64,000 bases of DNA from Tubiluchus corallicola (Eukaryota > Animalia > Priapulida). Positions 24,601 through 36,472 of the stretch are shown in pieces; positions within the stretch are counted from its first letter, which is position 1, and every line of letters starts with the position of its first letter. Position numbers and translations under genes: made by a program. The notes under the pieces were generated by a model. That model ran no database searches. It was given only the letters and a program-made list of their open reading frames with translations, and was not told the origin of the DNA. The stretch covers positions 172,346-236,345 of the forward strand of contig JAQGDQ010000356.1 of the NCBI GenBank assembly GCA_030141605.1. Direction: 5' to 3'.

Positions 24601-24979
24601 GCATCCAATTTTTGTAAATTTTGTTTTGTGAAGGATTAAGTCAAAGAACTTGCCCTTGCAGGTTGTTTCATTTCTGGGGTCAAATAGCACAGTGGCCTTG
24701 AGCAAAGTCAAACTTGTGAGTAAACTATGCGAACAATAAATACTGAAAACGTAATAGAGAAGCCAGTCTGCACGGCTGACTGTGGCTACGATAATGACCA
24801 CAAGGACCTCAAACACAGTACACATGGCTAAAAAATCATGACCGCAGTCACAACATACACGTATGAGCAACGAATACTGATAACGTAATTGAGAAGCCAT
24901 GCCGTATGGTGACTGTGGCTACAATATTGATCAAATGCTAGGTTATAAATTCCCATTCCACGAATAATAAAGGGAATTT

Positions 24980-25796
24980 TCACAGGTGAGAGTATCTACC
25001 TGGCGTACAGCTCAGCGTCCGATCACAGGTGAGAATGTCTACCTGGCGTACAGCTCAGCACCTGATCACAGGTGAGAATGTCTACCTGGCGTACAGCTCA
25101 GCGTCCGATCACAGGTGAGAATGTCTACCTAACGTACAGCTCAGCATCTGATCACAGGTGAGAATGTCTACCTGGCGTACAGCTCAGCGTCTGATCACAG
25201 GTGAGAATGTCTACCTGTCATACAGCTCAGCATCTGATCAGAGGTGAGAATGTCTACCTGGCGTACAGCTCAGCACCTGATCACAGGTGAGAATGTCTAC
25301 CTGACGTATAACTCAGCATCTGATCACAGGTGAGAATGTCTACCTGGCGTACATCTCAGCGTCTGATCACAGGTGAAAATGACTACCTGGCGTACAGCTC
25401 AGCGTCTGATCACAGGTGGGAATGTCTACCTGACGTATAACTCAGCGTCTGATCACAGGTGGGAAAGTCTACCTGACGTATAACTCAGCATCTGATCACA
25501 GGTGAGAATGTCTACCCGACGTATAACTCAGCATCTGATCACAGGTGAGAATGTCTACCTGGCGTACAGCTCAGCGTCTGATCACAGGTGAGAATGTCTA
25601 CCTGGCGTACAGCTCAGCGTCTGATCACAGGTGAGAATGTCTACCTGGCGTACAGCTCAGCATCTGATCACAGGTGAGAATGTCTACCTGACGTACAGCT
25701 CAGCACCTGATCACAGGTGAGAATGTCTACCTGGCGTACAGCTCAGCATCTGATCACAGGTGAGAATGTCTACCTGACACGAATCTCGGCAACTGA
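24980..25796. repeat. Minisatellite, 43 bp x ~19
   Basis: gatcacaggtgagaatgtctacctggcgtacagctcagcgtct. Confidence 0.96.
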
Positions 25797-26623
25797 TAAC
25801 ACACTTGCTAATAATACTTATGGGTTTGTGAGCAAAGCTGCATTACGATTTTAAGACGACAATGACGATGTGTCGTGCACAGCTGACGAAGCTGAGTGCA
25901 GAGAAAAAGTCATAAAAAGCCAGCCAGCATCACAGCAATGTACTCAGAGTAAACCACAGTGCTCAGAGTAAACCACAGTGATTATTTTTACTCGCCATAA
26001 ATGCGCCTTATTTGAAAGCAGCAAAGCAGAAGTGAGTGGACAAATAAATTCACATCTAATATGATGATTATTGGTGAAATAATATGAAATATAAAAAGCT
26101 AATTACTGGACAAATAAAATTATATCTAAAATTATGATTATTGTGTAAATGAAGTTAAATATAAAACGATGATTATGGGACAAATAAAACTATATCTAAA
26201 AATACGATTACTGGACAAATAACGTTAAATAAAATTCTACAGCAAGGCAAATAACTTACAAAAAATCAATAATTTCTTTATCAGAAAACAAAGTGGTACA
26301 TTTTGAAATTTTGCACGTACAGTACTGCAGGAAAATTAGCACTAAAATACAAAGAACTGAGCGAAACCGATCAGCTCAAATATGTAGAACTCTTCTATGA
26401 CATTTTTTTCATGTTTTGACACCAGATGTCTCTTCGGGAAACAGGAATAGAGTTTTAAAAATTTACAAGCAGCAGATTTCACTGTAAGAGAAATTTGAGC
26501 ATCGCAGCGGTTCACGTTAATGTGTTTGTTTAACATTCTTGAAATGATTTAAACTTCATCAATACGAAACTACCGCCCAGTCAGCAGCGAATCCATAATA
26601 AAAACTTTGAAATGTTGATATAC

Positions 26624-27655
26624 TCTACAGCATGTACAATATTGCTTCAACCGTAGCATGGGCATTGATCTACAGAATGCACATGTTTCAACCATAGCAT
26701 GAGCATTGATCTACAGAATGTATATGATTGAACAGTAGCATGAGCATTGATCTACAGCATGTACAACATTGCTTCAACCGTAGCATGAGCATTGATCTAC
26801 AGAATGTACAACATTGCTTCAACCGTAGCATGAGCATTGATCTTCAGCATGTGCATTCATCAACAGTAGCATAAGCATTGATCTACAGAGTGTACATTAT
26901 TCAACCGTAGCATGAGCATTGATCTACAGAATGTACATGCTTCAACCGTAGGATGAGCATTGATCTACAGAATGTACCTGATTGAACAGTAGCATGAGCA
27001 TTGATCTACAGAATGTACATGATAGCACATGCACTGATCTTCAGAATGCACATGCTTCAATAGTAGCATGAGCATTGATCTACAGAATGTACATGATTCA
27101 ACCATAGCATATGCACTGATCTACAGAATGTACATGCTTCAACTTTGACATGAGCATTGATCTACAGAATGTACATGATCCAACAGCAGCATGAGCATTG
27201 ATCTACAGAATGTACATGCTTCAACTTTGACATGAGCATTGATCTACAGCTTGTACATGCTTCTAGAATAGCATAAGCATTGATCTACAGCCTATACATG
27301 TTTTAACAGTAGCATGTGCATTGATCTACAGCCAATACATGGTTTAACAGTAGCATGTGCATTAATCTGCAGCCTATACATGCTTTAACAGTGGTATGTG
27401 CATTGATCTACAGCTTGTACATGCTTCAACACTGACATAAGCATTGATCTACAGAATGTACATGCTTCAATAGTAGCATGAGCATTGATCTACAGAATGT
27501 ACATGATTCAACAGCGACATGAGCATCGATCTATAGAATGTACATGCTTCAACAGTAGCATGAGCATTGATCTACAGCTTGTACAAGCTTCAGCATTGAC
27601 ATGAGCATTGATCTACAGAATGTACATGATTCAACAGTAGCATGATCATTGATTC
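26624..27655. repeat. Diverged minisatellite, ~41 bp x ~25
   Basis: tagcatgagcattgatctacagaatgtacatgcttcaacag. Confidence 0.94.
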
Positions 27656-27854
27656 ACAACTTAACACAAGCTTAATAACTTTAATATACGGATCTGATTT
27701 GCTCCCAATTCGTCTCACGATGCCCAACGCAGTTGAACCAACTGTGGTTGTAAGTCGACAATAACCTACACATACCTCTCTATGCTTTGATTCTAGTTTA
27801 AATATACGTATTCCAAGCATGTATTACAAACCTAAAACGATTTCTATTACTTAC

Positions 27855-27929
27855 CGGTGGTAGTTCAGTAAGATCATTACAGTCCAGCCACAATTCCATA
27901 AGACTTGGCAACGATCCAATTTCTGGCGG
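27855..27929 (-). CDS. scrib: Scribble-like LRR exon (75 nt) PPEIGSLPSLMELWLDCNDLTELPP
   Basis: Acceptor ttatttgcag|CCG, donor ACCG|gtaagt; L.ELWLD.N.L..LPP motif. Confidence 0.95.
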
Positions 27930-28117
27930 CTGCAAATAAGGTATAAATTTAGGATGTGGTCAATAAATTCTGATTAATATCTGGGTAATGTTTGCCAGAG
28001 TCACAGATACCTCATAGCTTAAAGCTTATTGCTTTTTATAGGCCTGTGTGAATAACCAATTTAGGTAGTCGTGATAATTAATTATACTGTGCTAGGCAGC
28101 TAATAAATGTAACACAT

Positions 28118-28680
28118 TTAAAGGCAAACCGGACAATTGTGTAGACATCAGTTGAAAATAAGAGGTATGTTCTGAAATGCTGAAAACTACAACAGCTTTG
28201 TTTAAATCAAAGCTTAGATTAAATAATAATTGCCTAAGATAGCTAAATTTTCTTAAACTTTCAAAGCTACGAGCGGTTCAGCGAATCCACTAGACTGGCA
28301 ATGATGCCTTTTTGTTACATTCGTGTGGCCAACAAATAGGCATGGTGCCGTAATAAGCACGATCATGAACTGCACGTCTGTGACGTCAGTGTGATGTAGA
28401 GTTCACTTTCCTGACATCACACCTTATAGCAATCTTGCTTACGCAAACATGTTTGACGCACGGGAAAGATGCTTACCATTGCATAAACTGTAGTTACTTT
28501 GTGATGTAAGTGAGCTGTACTCAGTTGCCGTTAATTAACATTTCAAGTTAATTATTCAAATGTTAGAAACAATTGCTAACTTTTATAGGTAAGAAAACGT
28601 ATAATTTGGACAGTAGACAAGTATTGAAGTAGTGTAGTATCAAAATGGAGCGTCTAATCAACTGTCTGATTTTCCTTTAA
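28118..28680. mobile_element. Kolobok-like non-autonomous element family D
   Basis: TTAA|AGGCAAACCGGACAATTG versus caactgtctgattttcct|TTAA (imperfect TIR). Confidence 0.7.
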
Positions 28681-28906
28681 AGTAATTTTAGTACAGCGAG
28701 GCTTTTAAGCAATGTCATATGCAACTTAATTGAATTTTAATGAGATAATTCTAAACAAAAACGTGTTATATTACAATATAATAAACAATATAATATACAA
28801 TATAATCGTTATTAAATTATCTTAGTGGAAAGAGAAGTACTGATCCTTGGTGTCGTTTAATAAGTATACAGTATCTTCGCAAAAGAGAGTTTTCTGGAGT
28901 GATGAC

Positions 28907-29273
28907 TAGGGTGAGCATTCTCTACCACAAAACAAATTCGAATTGAATCGAATTTTTGACTTCTGAATTCGAATCAAACCGAAATGAGTTTGAAAGATTT
29001 TCGAACAAGTTTTCGAACCACCAGTAAAAAGTGATTTTTCAAAGATTATGCATATTGCCCGATTTTGTTCTGCACTAAAACCGTTATTAGTTCGTCAAAA
29101 ATTTTGCACAGAAACTCCAGCTAAATTGCGCTAATTGCATGGTGTTTCAAGCGTTTTAATGATAAAGAACGTATGTGGTTAAAGTGCTGAACAATTCCTA
29201 TCTATAGTTTTAGGTTCGAATCAAATTCAAACTAAAAAACTCATTTGAATCGAATGTTCGATGCTCACCTCTA
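28907..29273. mobile_element. hAT-like MITE with 8-bp TSD
   Basis: TIR tagggtgagcat...atgctcacctcta; flanks gtgatgac/gtggtgac (7/8); ttcgaatc-rich subtermini. Confidence 0.75.
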
Positions 29274-29279
29274 GTGGTG

Positions 29280-30762
29280 ACACAGAGTGTGACCAACACA
29301 AGCTGCAACACACAGAGTGTGGCCAACACAAGCTGCAACACACAGAGTGTGACCAACACAAGCTGAAACACACAGAGTGTTGCCGACACAAGCTGCAACA
29401 CACAGAGTGTGACCAGTGTGACCAACATAAGCTGCAACACACAGAGTGTGACCAACACAAGCTGCAACACACAGAGTGTGACAAACACAAGCTGCAACAC
29501 ACAGAGTGTGACCAACACAAGCTGCAACACACAGAGTGTGGCCAACACAAGCTGCAACACACAGAGTGTGGCCAACACAAGCTGCAACACACAGAGTGTG
29601 GCCAACACAAGCTGCAACACACAGAGTGTGACCAACACAAGCTGCAACACACAGAGTGTGACCAACACAAGCTGCAACACACAGAGTGTGACCAACACAA
29701 GCTGCAACACACAGAGTGTGACCAACACAAGCTGCAACACACAGAGTGTGACCAACACAAGCTGCAACACACAGAGTGTGACACAACACAAGCTACAGCA
29801 CACAGTGTGTGGCCAACACAAGCTGCAACACACAGTGTGTGGCCAACACAAGCTGCAACACACAGAGTGTGACCAACACAAGCTGCAACACACAGAGTGT
29901 GACCAACACAAGCTGCAACACACAGAGTGTGACACAACACAAGCTACAGCACACAGTGTGTGGCCAACACAAGCTGCAACACACAGAGTGCGGCCAACAC
30001 AAGCTGCAACACACAGAGTGTGACCAACACAAGCTGCAACACACAGAGTGTGACCAACACAAGCTGCAACACAGAGTGTGACCAACATAAGCTACAACAC
30101 ACAGTGTGTGGCCAACACAAGCTGCAACACACAGAGTGTGACCAACATAAGCTACAACACACAATGTGTGGCCAACACAAGCTGCAACATACAGAGTGTG
30201 ACACAACACAAGCTACAACACACAGTGTGTGACCAACACAAGCTGCAACATACAGAGTGTGACACAACACAAGCTACAACACATAGAGTGTGGCCAACAC
30301 AAGCTGCAACACACAGAGTGTGACCAACACAAGCTGCAACACACAGAGTGTGACCAACACAAGCTGCAACACACAGAGTGTGACCAACACAAGCTGCAAC
30401 ACAGAGTGTGACCAACATAAGCTACAACACACAGTGTGTGGCCAACACAAGCTGCAACACACAGAGTGTGACCAACATAAGCTACAACACACAATGTGTG
30501 GCCAACACAAGCTGCAACATACAGAGTGTGACACAACACAAGCTACAACACACAGTGTGTGACCAACACAAGCTGCAACATACAGAGTGTGACACAACAC
30601 AAGCTACAACACATAGAGTGTGGCCAACACAAGCTGCAACACACAGAGTGTGACCAACACAAGCTGCAACACACAGAGTGTGACCAACACAAGCTGCAAC
30701 ACACAGAGTGTGACCAACACAAGCTGCAACACACAGAGTGTGGCTAACACAAGCTGCAACAC
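29280..30762. repeat. Minisatellite, 30 bp x ~49, with a 330-bp higher-order duplication
   Basis: gaccaacacaagctgcaacacacagagtgt; identical ORF translations offset by 330 bp (30078/30408, 30229/30559). Confidence 0.97.
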
Positions 30763-30857
30763 TATTAAAACAATCAACAGTGCATGTTTCTGTACACAAA
30801 ACAGTGGCCTGGTCTTAAAACCATCAAATCTATAACAAAACTGTGAATATTTCTTAC

Positions 30858-30978
30858 CAACTCTTCAATTTCATTATTGCCCATATCAAGACTTCCCAGT
30901 TTCTTGAGCTGTGCTATTGAAGTGGGAGCAGACTTGAGTAAATTCTCTCTCAATTCCACTGCTACCAAATTACACAGG
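30858..30978 (-). CDS. scrib: Scribble-like LRR exon (121 nt) LCNLVAVELRENLLKSAPTSIAQLKKLGSLDMGNNEIEEL
   Basis: Acceptor tttcttttctag|CCT, donor GTTG|gtaaga; overlaps ORF 30774..30968; ELRENLLKS motif. Confidence 0.95.
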
Positions 30979-31014
30979 CTAGAAAAGAAACGTTGCTTAT
31001 TACTGGTTTACCAA

Positions 31015-31612
31015 GTTTAGAATACAAGAGAATCCCTTACTTACATGCAGCTAAAAGAACTCGTTTCGAAATTTCATATAACCTCACAGACCTTGTACAT
31101 ATGCTGTGTGTTGTGTATATAATGCATTAAAACTGCACGTAACAGTAATGTGAAGTGATCGTTAAGAAAGAAAAGCGAAACGACTTGAATTGAATCAGCA
31201 GTAACGCTGCACAAAACTTGTACATTTAAACTGATGCTACGACTGTTAGATGCAGCCATTTTGACGGTAGGTTCTTTGAAACTAGTTTAAATAACATTGC
31301 ATAAATTCTGAAGAAAAAGATCAGAACATTCACATAGCACAAACTTCGGTCAACAAATAAAGATATAAATTACTTTATATCATGGACAAGATAAAAGATA
31401 CGCTTTTTGGTGAATCGGTGGTGCACGCTGGGAAGGTGAGTCAGTGGTGCATGCTGGGAAGGTGAGTCAGTGACATTCTACCCGTTGGCGCAAATGTTTT
31501 AAATTTCTAAGAATTTTGTTTTCTAATTACGTAAGTCTTTCAGACATGCTAAGTAATATAACTTCGTGTGGATTTTTTTTGGCACATAGTTTAAAATTAG
31601 CTTTTCTCCATA
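31015..31612 (+). mobile_element. Diverged family C Kolobok-like copy
   Basis: cagtaacgctgc, gcagccattttgacg, tttttggtga...gtggtgcac and gctaagtaatata motifs colinear with 20735-21457. Confidence 0.55.
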
Positions 31613-31914
31613 AGTGAACAGAACAGATGATCTAATTATATACTACGTTTGACATTTTTCCCCGGGTTCTTATCTGTGGAATTCTCTACCAAAACATATT
31701 TTCCTAAAAACCACAATGTCATTCAACCCAACAACATCAATAGATACCGTCCATCACAAGCAAATTAGTTAAATGAATTCTATTCAGACATGTTTTATTA
31801 TCATCACATTTTACTGTAACCCTTTACACCTTGACTGACCATTACAGTAACCCTTTGCTTGGGAAGACAAGTATTTATAAGAGAAATATGTGTAAAAATT
31901 TATTGCATCTGCAA

Positions 31915-32304
31915 TAAACAAGTTCACAGTTTCGTTGTTCACACGCACAGTTGCTGTAGGTCAAAGGTTAAGCGTACCACAGCAACGCATCTTAACTACA
32001 ACAGTTACGTGACATGTGGATAAGGCGAAGTCGTCTGCCACAGCAGTTCAGTAATTTCGGTTGTTTTGCGTTAACTTTACTTAATTAGGCATTAATCTGT
32101 GCGTAGATTGATTTAATAGCAGGATCTTGCTTGAGAACTAGAAAAAATGAACTAGGTAAGGTTCTAGCTAGCTGTTAAGACAGTGTTACTATTACAATAA
32201 CAAGGGCTGTGAGGCTTTGTCAAGTGTACACAATGAGCTGTCTGGTACACTTAATCTTTGACCTTTTTGCGATCATCATCAACCGCTGTAACTGTGAAAA
32301 AGCC
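31915..32304 (+). mobile_element. Harbinger-like MITE family B copy
   Basis: ttcacagtttcgttg...aactgtgaaaaagcc|tta. Confidence 0.75.
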
Positions 32305-33137
32305 TTACCGGCCTAATGTTGCATAGCATAGTGTAATCTCGGTGCCCAGCAGAACACAATTAACTTCAAAGATGAATAAAACTAATTACATTCCACGGTG
32401 ATAAACAATTAAAGAAGATGAGCTAAACGTTATTTACAGGCCGGGATGTTTCACGGTAGAATCTAACACCTGGCAGCCAGTCTTAGACGAGAAAACTCAG
32501 CAAAACGATTAAATCTAACACCTTGCAGCCAGTCTTAGAAGAGAAAACTCAGCAAAACGATTAAGAAAATCTTCGGGGAGAAAATGGAAGTGGTGCTGAA
32601 ACGAGCGACTAGAGACGGGAAACAGAAAACAAGGTAATTACGTCACCGTAACCTTTAACGCTTGATTACAAGTGATTGAGTACTCGTGTCTGCCGTCAGA
32701 TGTGAAAGCAAACTGTGAAATCTTGACTTTCCACTGATTGGCGAGTTTCAAGTTTCAACATTTTATTCTCTTCAAAAGGATAAGTACTCATGCGAGTGAA
32801 ATCGAAATATGGTTCAACTGACATTGAAATGTTCAATAAACATTACTTATTCACAATGTGCAAACATTATACTAGCCGTTCCGTACTGCCTGCCACAATA
32901 AAACGATCACCCACATAACTCACAAGTGAATGGTTGTGGCAGTATCGGGATCTAGCCGATTATCCTTTATCCTATACCTGCCACAGCGTGTCTACTGTCT
33001 AGTCCCAATTATCAGATTAGTTAAGAACCGTCTTTGCCATAGTCACAGATAGATACAACCAATACATCCCCACCTCTTGAAAGCAGAGATAGCCAGGGAT
33101 ACTACAGTAGAGGTAGCCATGTAGAAAAAGTTTTTTG

Positions 33138-33466
33138 CAGGCGGTCACTAATCCATTTCCTGAACAGGTCTAACACTGACTGTACAGCTTAACTTCGTGG
33201 CTAAGCACACAGGTAAAGCATCACGGTCACTAATCCATTTCCTGGACAACTCTAACAATGACTGTACAGCCCAACTTCGTGGCTAAGCACACAGGCAGAG
33301 CATAAGAGTCACTAATCCATTTACTGGACAAGTCTAACAATGACTGTACAGCTTAGCTTTGTGGCTAAGCAGACAAGCAGAGCATCCGGTCACTAATCCA
33401 TTTACTGGACAAGTCTAACAATGACTGTACAGCTTAACTTTGTGGCTAAACACACAGGCCTAGCAT
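33138..33466 (-). repeat. 82-bp x4 tandem array of a 5S-derived internal promoter segment
   Basis: Reverse complement reads tgcttagccacgaagttaagc...tcaggaaatggattagtgaccgcctg, resembling 5S box A to box C. Confidence 0.7.
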
Positions 33467-33556
33467 CAGAGTGTATTATTCTGTGTAATTGCAAACAACA
33501 TACTTTCAATTTGCGTGTGATAGAATCTGGCTACATGCTATATGATAAGACTAATT

Positions 33557-33674
33557 CCATACAGCCAAATCACCGAAAACACCGGTTCTCGTCTGATCAC
33601 CGAAGTTAAGGAACGTAGAGTCCGGTTAGTACTTGGATGGGTGACCGCCTAGGAATACCAGATGCTGTAGACTT
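33557..33674 (+). pseudogene. 5S rRNA-derived head of a SINE3-type element
   Basis: gaaaacaccggttctcgtctgatcaccgaagttaaggaacgtagagtccggttagtacttggatgggtgaccgcctaggaataccagatgctgtagact closely matches invertebrate 5S rRNA; no oligo-T terminator follows. Confidence 0.88.
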
Positions 33675-34100
33675 GCGGGATGCCCACACTGTACCTCGAC
33701 ACTAGGCGGAGGAGCTGCACAAGCAGCCAATGGCTAGAGGGCGGAGGAAGTCAAGTGACCCAATGGCCATGTGTAGAGGAGTAAACCTTCCAAATCAGGA
33801 GTGGAGCCCCGAAGGTGGACCAGTGCAGCATGCTCACTGACTCCGGAAGCTCCTGCAGCCAACCTGGTGCTAAACGTATCGCTCCGCTTTCCCTTGGACT
33901 ACACCAGGGAGGAAGAGAGGGGGTTTCTGTTGTCTGGGCAACTCAGGATCTCCATACACCTTGCCCAGGCGTGCGCCCTGGAGACGTTCAAGGATCGGGA
34001 CTGCTCAGCCACAGTCGACGCTGCAGCTCCATCAGTGTGATCAATAACTGACTCTCTTGGCGCACACTCCACTGTCTTCCGAAACAGAAGGTGCCAACCA
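33557..34100 (+). mobile_element. 5S-headed SINE with a bipartite RTE-LINE-derived body
   Basis: 5S head, then a GC-rich segment resembling an RTE 5' UTR, then cgttcaaggatcgg(g)actgctcagccacagtcgacgctgc (RSRIGLLSHSRRC, RTE C-terminal motif) and an RTE-like 3' end. Confidence 0.72.
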
Positions 34101-34102
34101 TA

Positions 34103-34153
34103 TACAGTACAATCCGTTTATAATAGGTCTCGTTATAAGCGGATTATACTGTA
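34103..34153. mobile_element. 51-bp palindromic TA-flanked mini-MITE (Tc1/mariner-pogo type ends)
   Basis: tacagtacaatccgtttataa-taggtctcg-ttataagcggattatactgta; arms 19/21 complementary. Confidence 0.7.
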
Positions 34154-34784
34154 TTATATAATTCCACAACGAACAAGCGGGAAAAAACGTTTGAAATCAC
34201 CAGTCTCTCTACTACTAAATTATTCAAACCGATTTGCATCTAACAGAAAATTATCATTGTGAGTTTGTAGATGAATTTCTAGCTCACATTCAACACTTAT
34301 ATGAACTGCTGTGCAAGAATCCAATTACGACGTTGCTTGTAATTCTTTCCTATTTGTCAGTGAATTCCTGGAATTGCGCTAATACCACTAATCCGCGTCT
34401 GACATTTTCTCCCCACAAAGAAAATCGCGATCAACTTATAAACGTCCATAAACTTTCTAACCAACCAGCTGCTTAAAGAAACCCAGCGGGAGGTCAAGAC
34501 ATGCAAATGAACGTCATCAATCAACTCTGAAAGAGACGTTCTCTTGTTTGGATGCGTATAAAGAGTAACCTACTGCCAGGAGAAAAACATTTACTACGAG
34601 ATGAGTGTTTAGTAATTTACAGCCACCGGGTTGGATGCTTTAATAAAACGAACAGAAACGAATCTATCGTAGTAATTACTTCAGCAGCGTCACAAAGCAT
34701 CTGTCCAATTGTAATCCCACGTGTGCCACAGTGAGAAAGATCTTCATTGCAAGAACAATAACAGGATCCTAATGAGCAAGCTTT

Positions 34785-35130
34785 CTCAAAGTTCCCGCGA
34801 TTGATGATGATCGTTAAAAGGTCAAAGGTTAAATGTTCCGGGCAACGTATTTGTGCTCGCTTGACGACGCCTCGCAACACATGCTGTTGTAATAGTAACA
34901 GTTTCAACTAGGTCGTTTCTTTCTTCTTCCCAAGCAAGATCCTATTAGTAAATCATTCTAAGCACAGACAAATGCGTAATTAAGTAAAGACCACGTAAAA
35001 CATCCGAACTGGTGCAGTAGATGGCCTTGCTTTACCCACATGACGGTTGTAGTCAAGGCATGTTGCTGTGATCACTTAACCTTGACCGACAGCAACTGCG
35101 CATGCGCACAACGAAACAAGTATAAGCCTT
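34785..35130 (-). mobile_element. Harbinger-like MITE family B copy, inverted
   Basis: ttgatgatgatcg..aaaaggtcaaaggttaa...cagcaactgcgcatgcgcacaacgaaac. Confidence 0.7.
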
Positions 35131-35282
35131 AACGACTTTTCTTAATTACTGGGTAGTCACAGATTCTGGATTTATCACAGAAGCATAAGGAATCACTCAT
35201 TGGGAGGCTTAAGTCTAGGCGATACATGAACTTCTTTATGAAGCCATGTAAAAGAAAAAGTGCAAATCTTGTAATGTTTATT

Positions 35283-35492
35283 AGTGAAAGAGAATTCAAA
35301 ACTTCACTTATACTTCCAGCAATAATTGTTACTGTTTACCAGAGTAAGTACAATGCTACACCACAGCAAAGGCATATTTTGTGTGATTAATGAAAGCGAA
35401 TTTAAAAGTTCACTTACACTACCAGCAATACTTGTTACTGTTTACCAGAGTAAGTACAATGCTACACCACAGCAAAGGCATGTTTTGTGTAA
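35283..35492. repeat. ~108-bp tandem duplication
   Basis: ttcactta.act.ccagcaata.ttgttactgtttaccagagtaagtacaatgctacaccacagcaaaggcat x2. Confidence 0.85.
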
Positions 35493-35648
35493 TGACTACA
35501 GCAAGTGTATGAAAAAAATGCAAAAACCGGCGGCACCAAATGGAATTAGATGATCACATATAATCAATTATAAATCGATTTCTACATATCAGTGGGTTAG
35601 TACTTTGAGTTAACAAGTAAAAAACACTGAATGACTCATGTGACTCAC

Positions 35649-35738
35649 TTGCCAAAATCTTGCGGTAGGTGAGTAAGTGACACGTCATTCAAGCCTAAAT
35701 ACGTCAAGTTTTTCAACTGGGTAAACCCATCCGGTAAC
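35649..35738 (-). CDS. scrib: Scribble-like LRR exon (90 nt) [29 protein letters not shown](N)
   Basis: Acceptor ttttcttgcag|GTT, donor GCAA|gtgagt; matches Scribble [15 protein letters not shown]. Confidence 0.95.
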
Positions 35739-35926
35739 CTGCAAGAAAAATTGTAAAAAAATTATTATAGTGTATTTTAAAAACAATAAATAAAAATTAT
35801 TTCATACAATCACGAAAGATGGCGTCTTACACGAGGAACAACAGAGAAATGGTGCAAAAGGTTTTGTTTCAGGTCAGTAATTTCAGACCAAATAAGTCCA
35901 AGTTTCACAGGTAAAATTATCAACGT

Positions 35927-36472
35927 TTAAAGGAAAAGTCAAGCGTTCTAGAAAGTTGGGCTTATATCAATGTTCTGAAAAATGTTAAGATTAAGTAATA
36001 GAACTGCAATAAGCGCCTCGTGTAATTAGTAAAATCACTTTAAAGTCGCGATCACTTCATGCTTGGACGCCCATTCTTCTTCCAGTGACGTCATTCATCT
36101 TGAAGAAAAGTAGCGCACTGTCAATCTTCATCAAAAGAATAGCAAGTTTTTACAAAAAGATTAGGTAGCTAATTTTGTAATATTTTTGTGCGAACATCAG
36201 GTAAACTGCAGAAGTTTGAATAAGTTTAAGCAGCTCGCGCTTACGGAAAGCCACGACGCGCTTACGAAAAGTCACGAAGTTTCCCAGTTACGTCATGATT
36301 TTCAAGTGAATGGCGACAACCGCCAAACCTGAAAATTTCTATTCGGAGGTGAGAATTTTAAATTTATGTTTTATAGGCAGTTCTTTGCAAATTTCTTTGT
36401 TATATTTTTCTAAATTTAAGTGATAACAGTAAAATAAACCCAACATACTGAATGACTTGTTCTTTCCTTTAA
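35927..36472 (+). mobile_element. Kolobok-like family A, full-length
   Basis: TTAA|AGGAAAAGTCAAG...gacttgttctttcct|TTAA. Confidence 0.85.

Noticed and set aside
29210-30835. Cys/His-rich ORFs resembling metallothionein or keratin-associated proteins
   Set aside because: Translations of the 30-bp array in nearly all frames, broken by indels.
33557-33674. Functional 5S rRNA gene
   Set aside because: Altered 5' end, a small deletion and stem-breaking substitutions, no oligo-T terminator, not in an rDNA array, and fused to a retroelement-like body.
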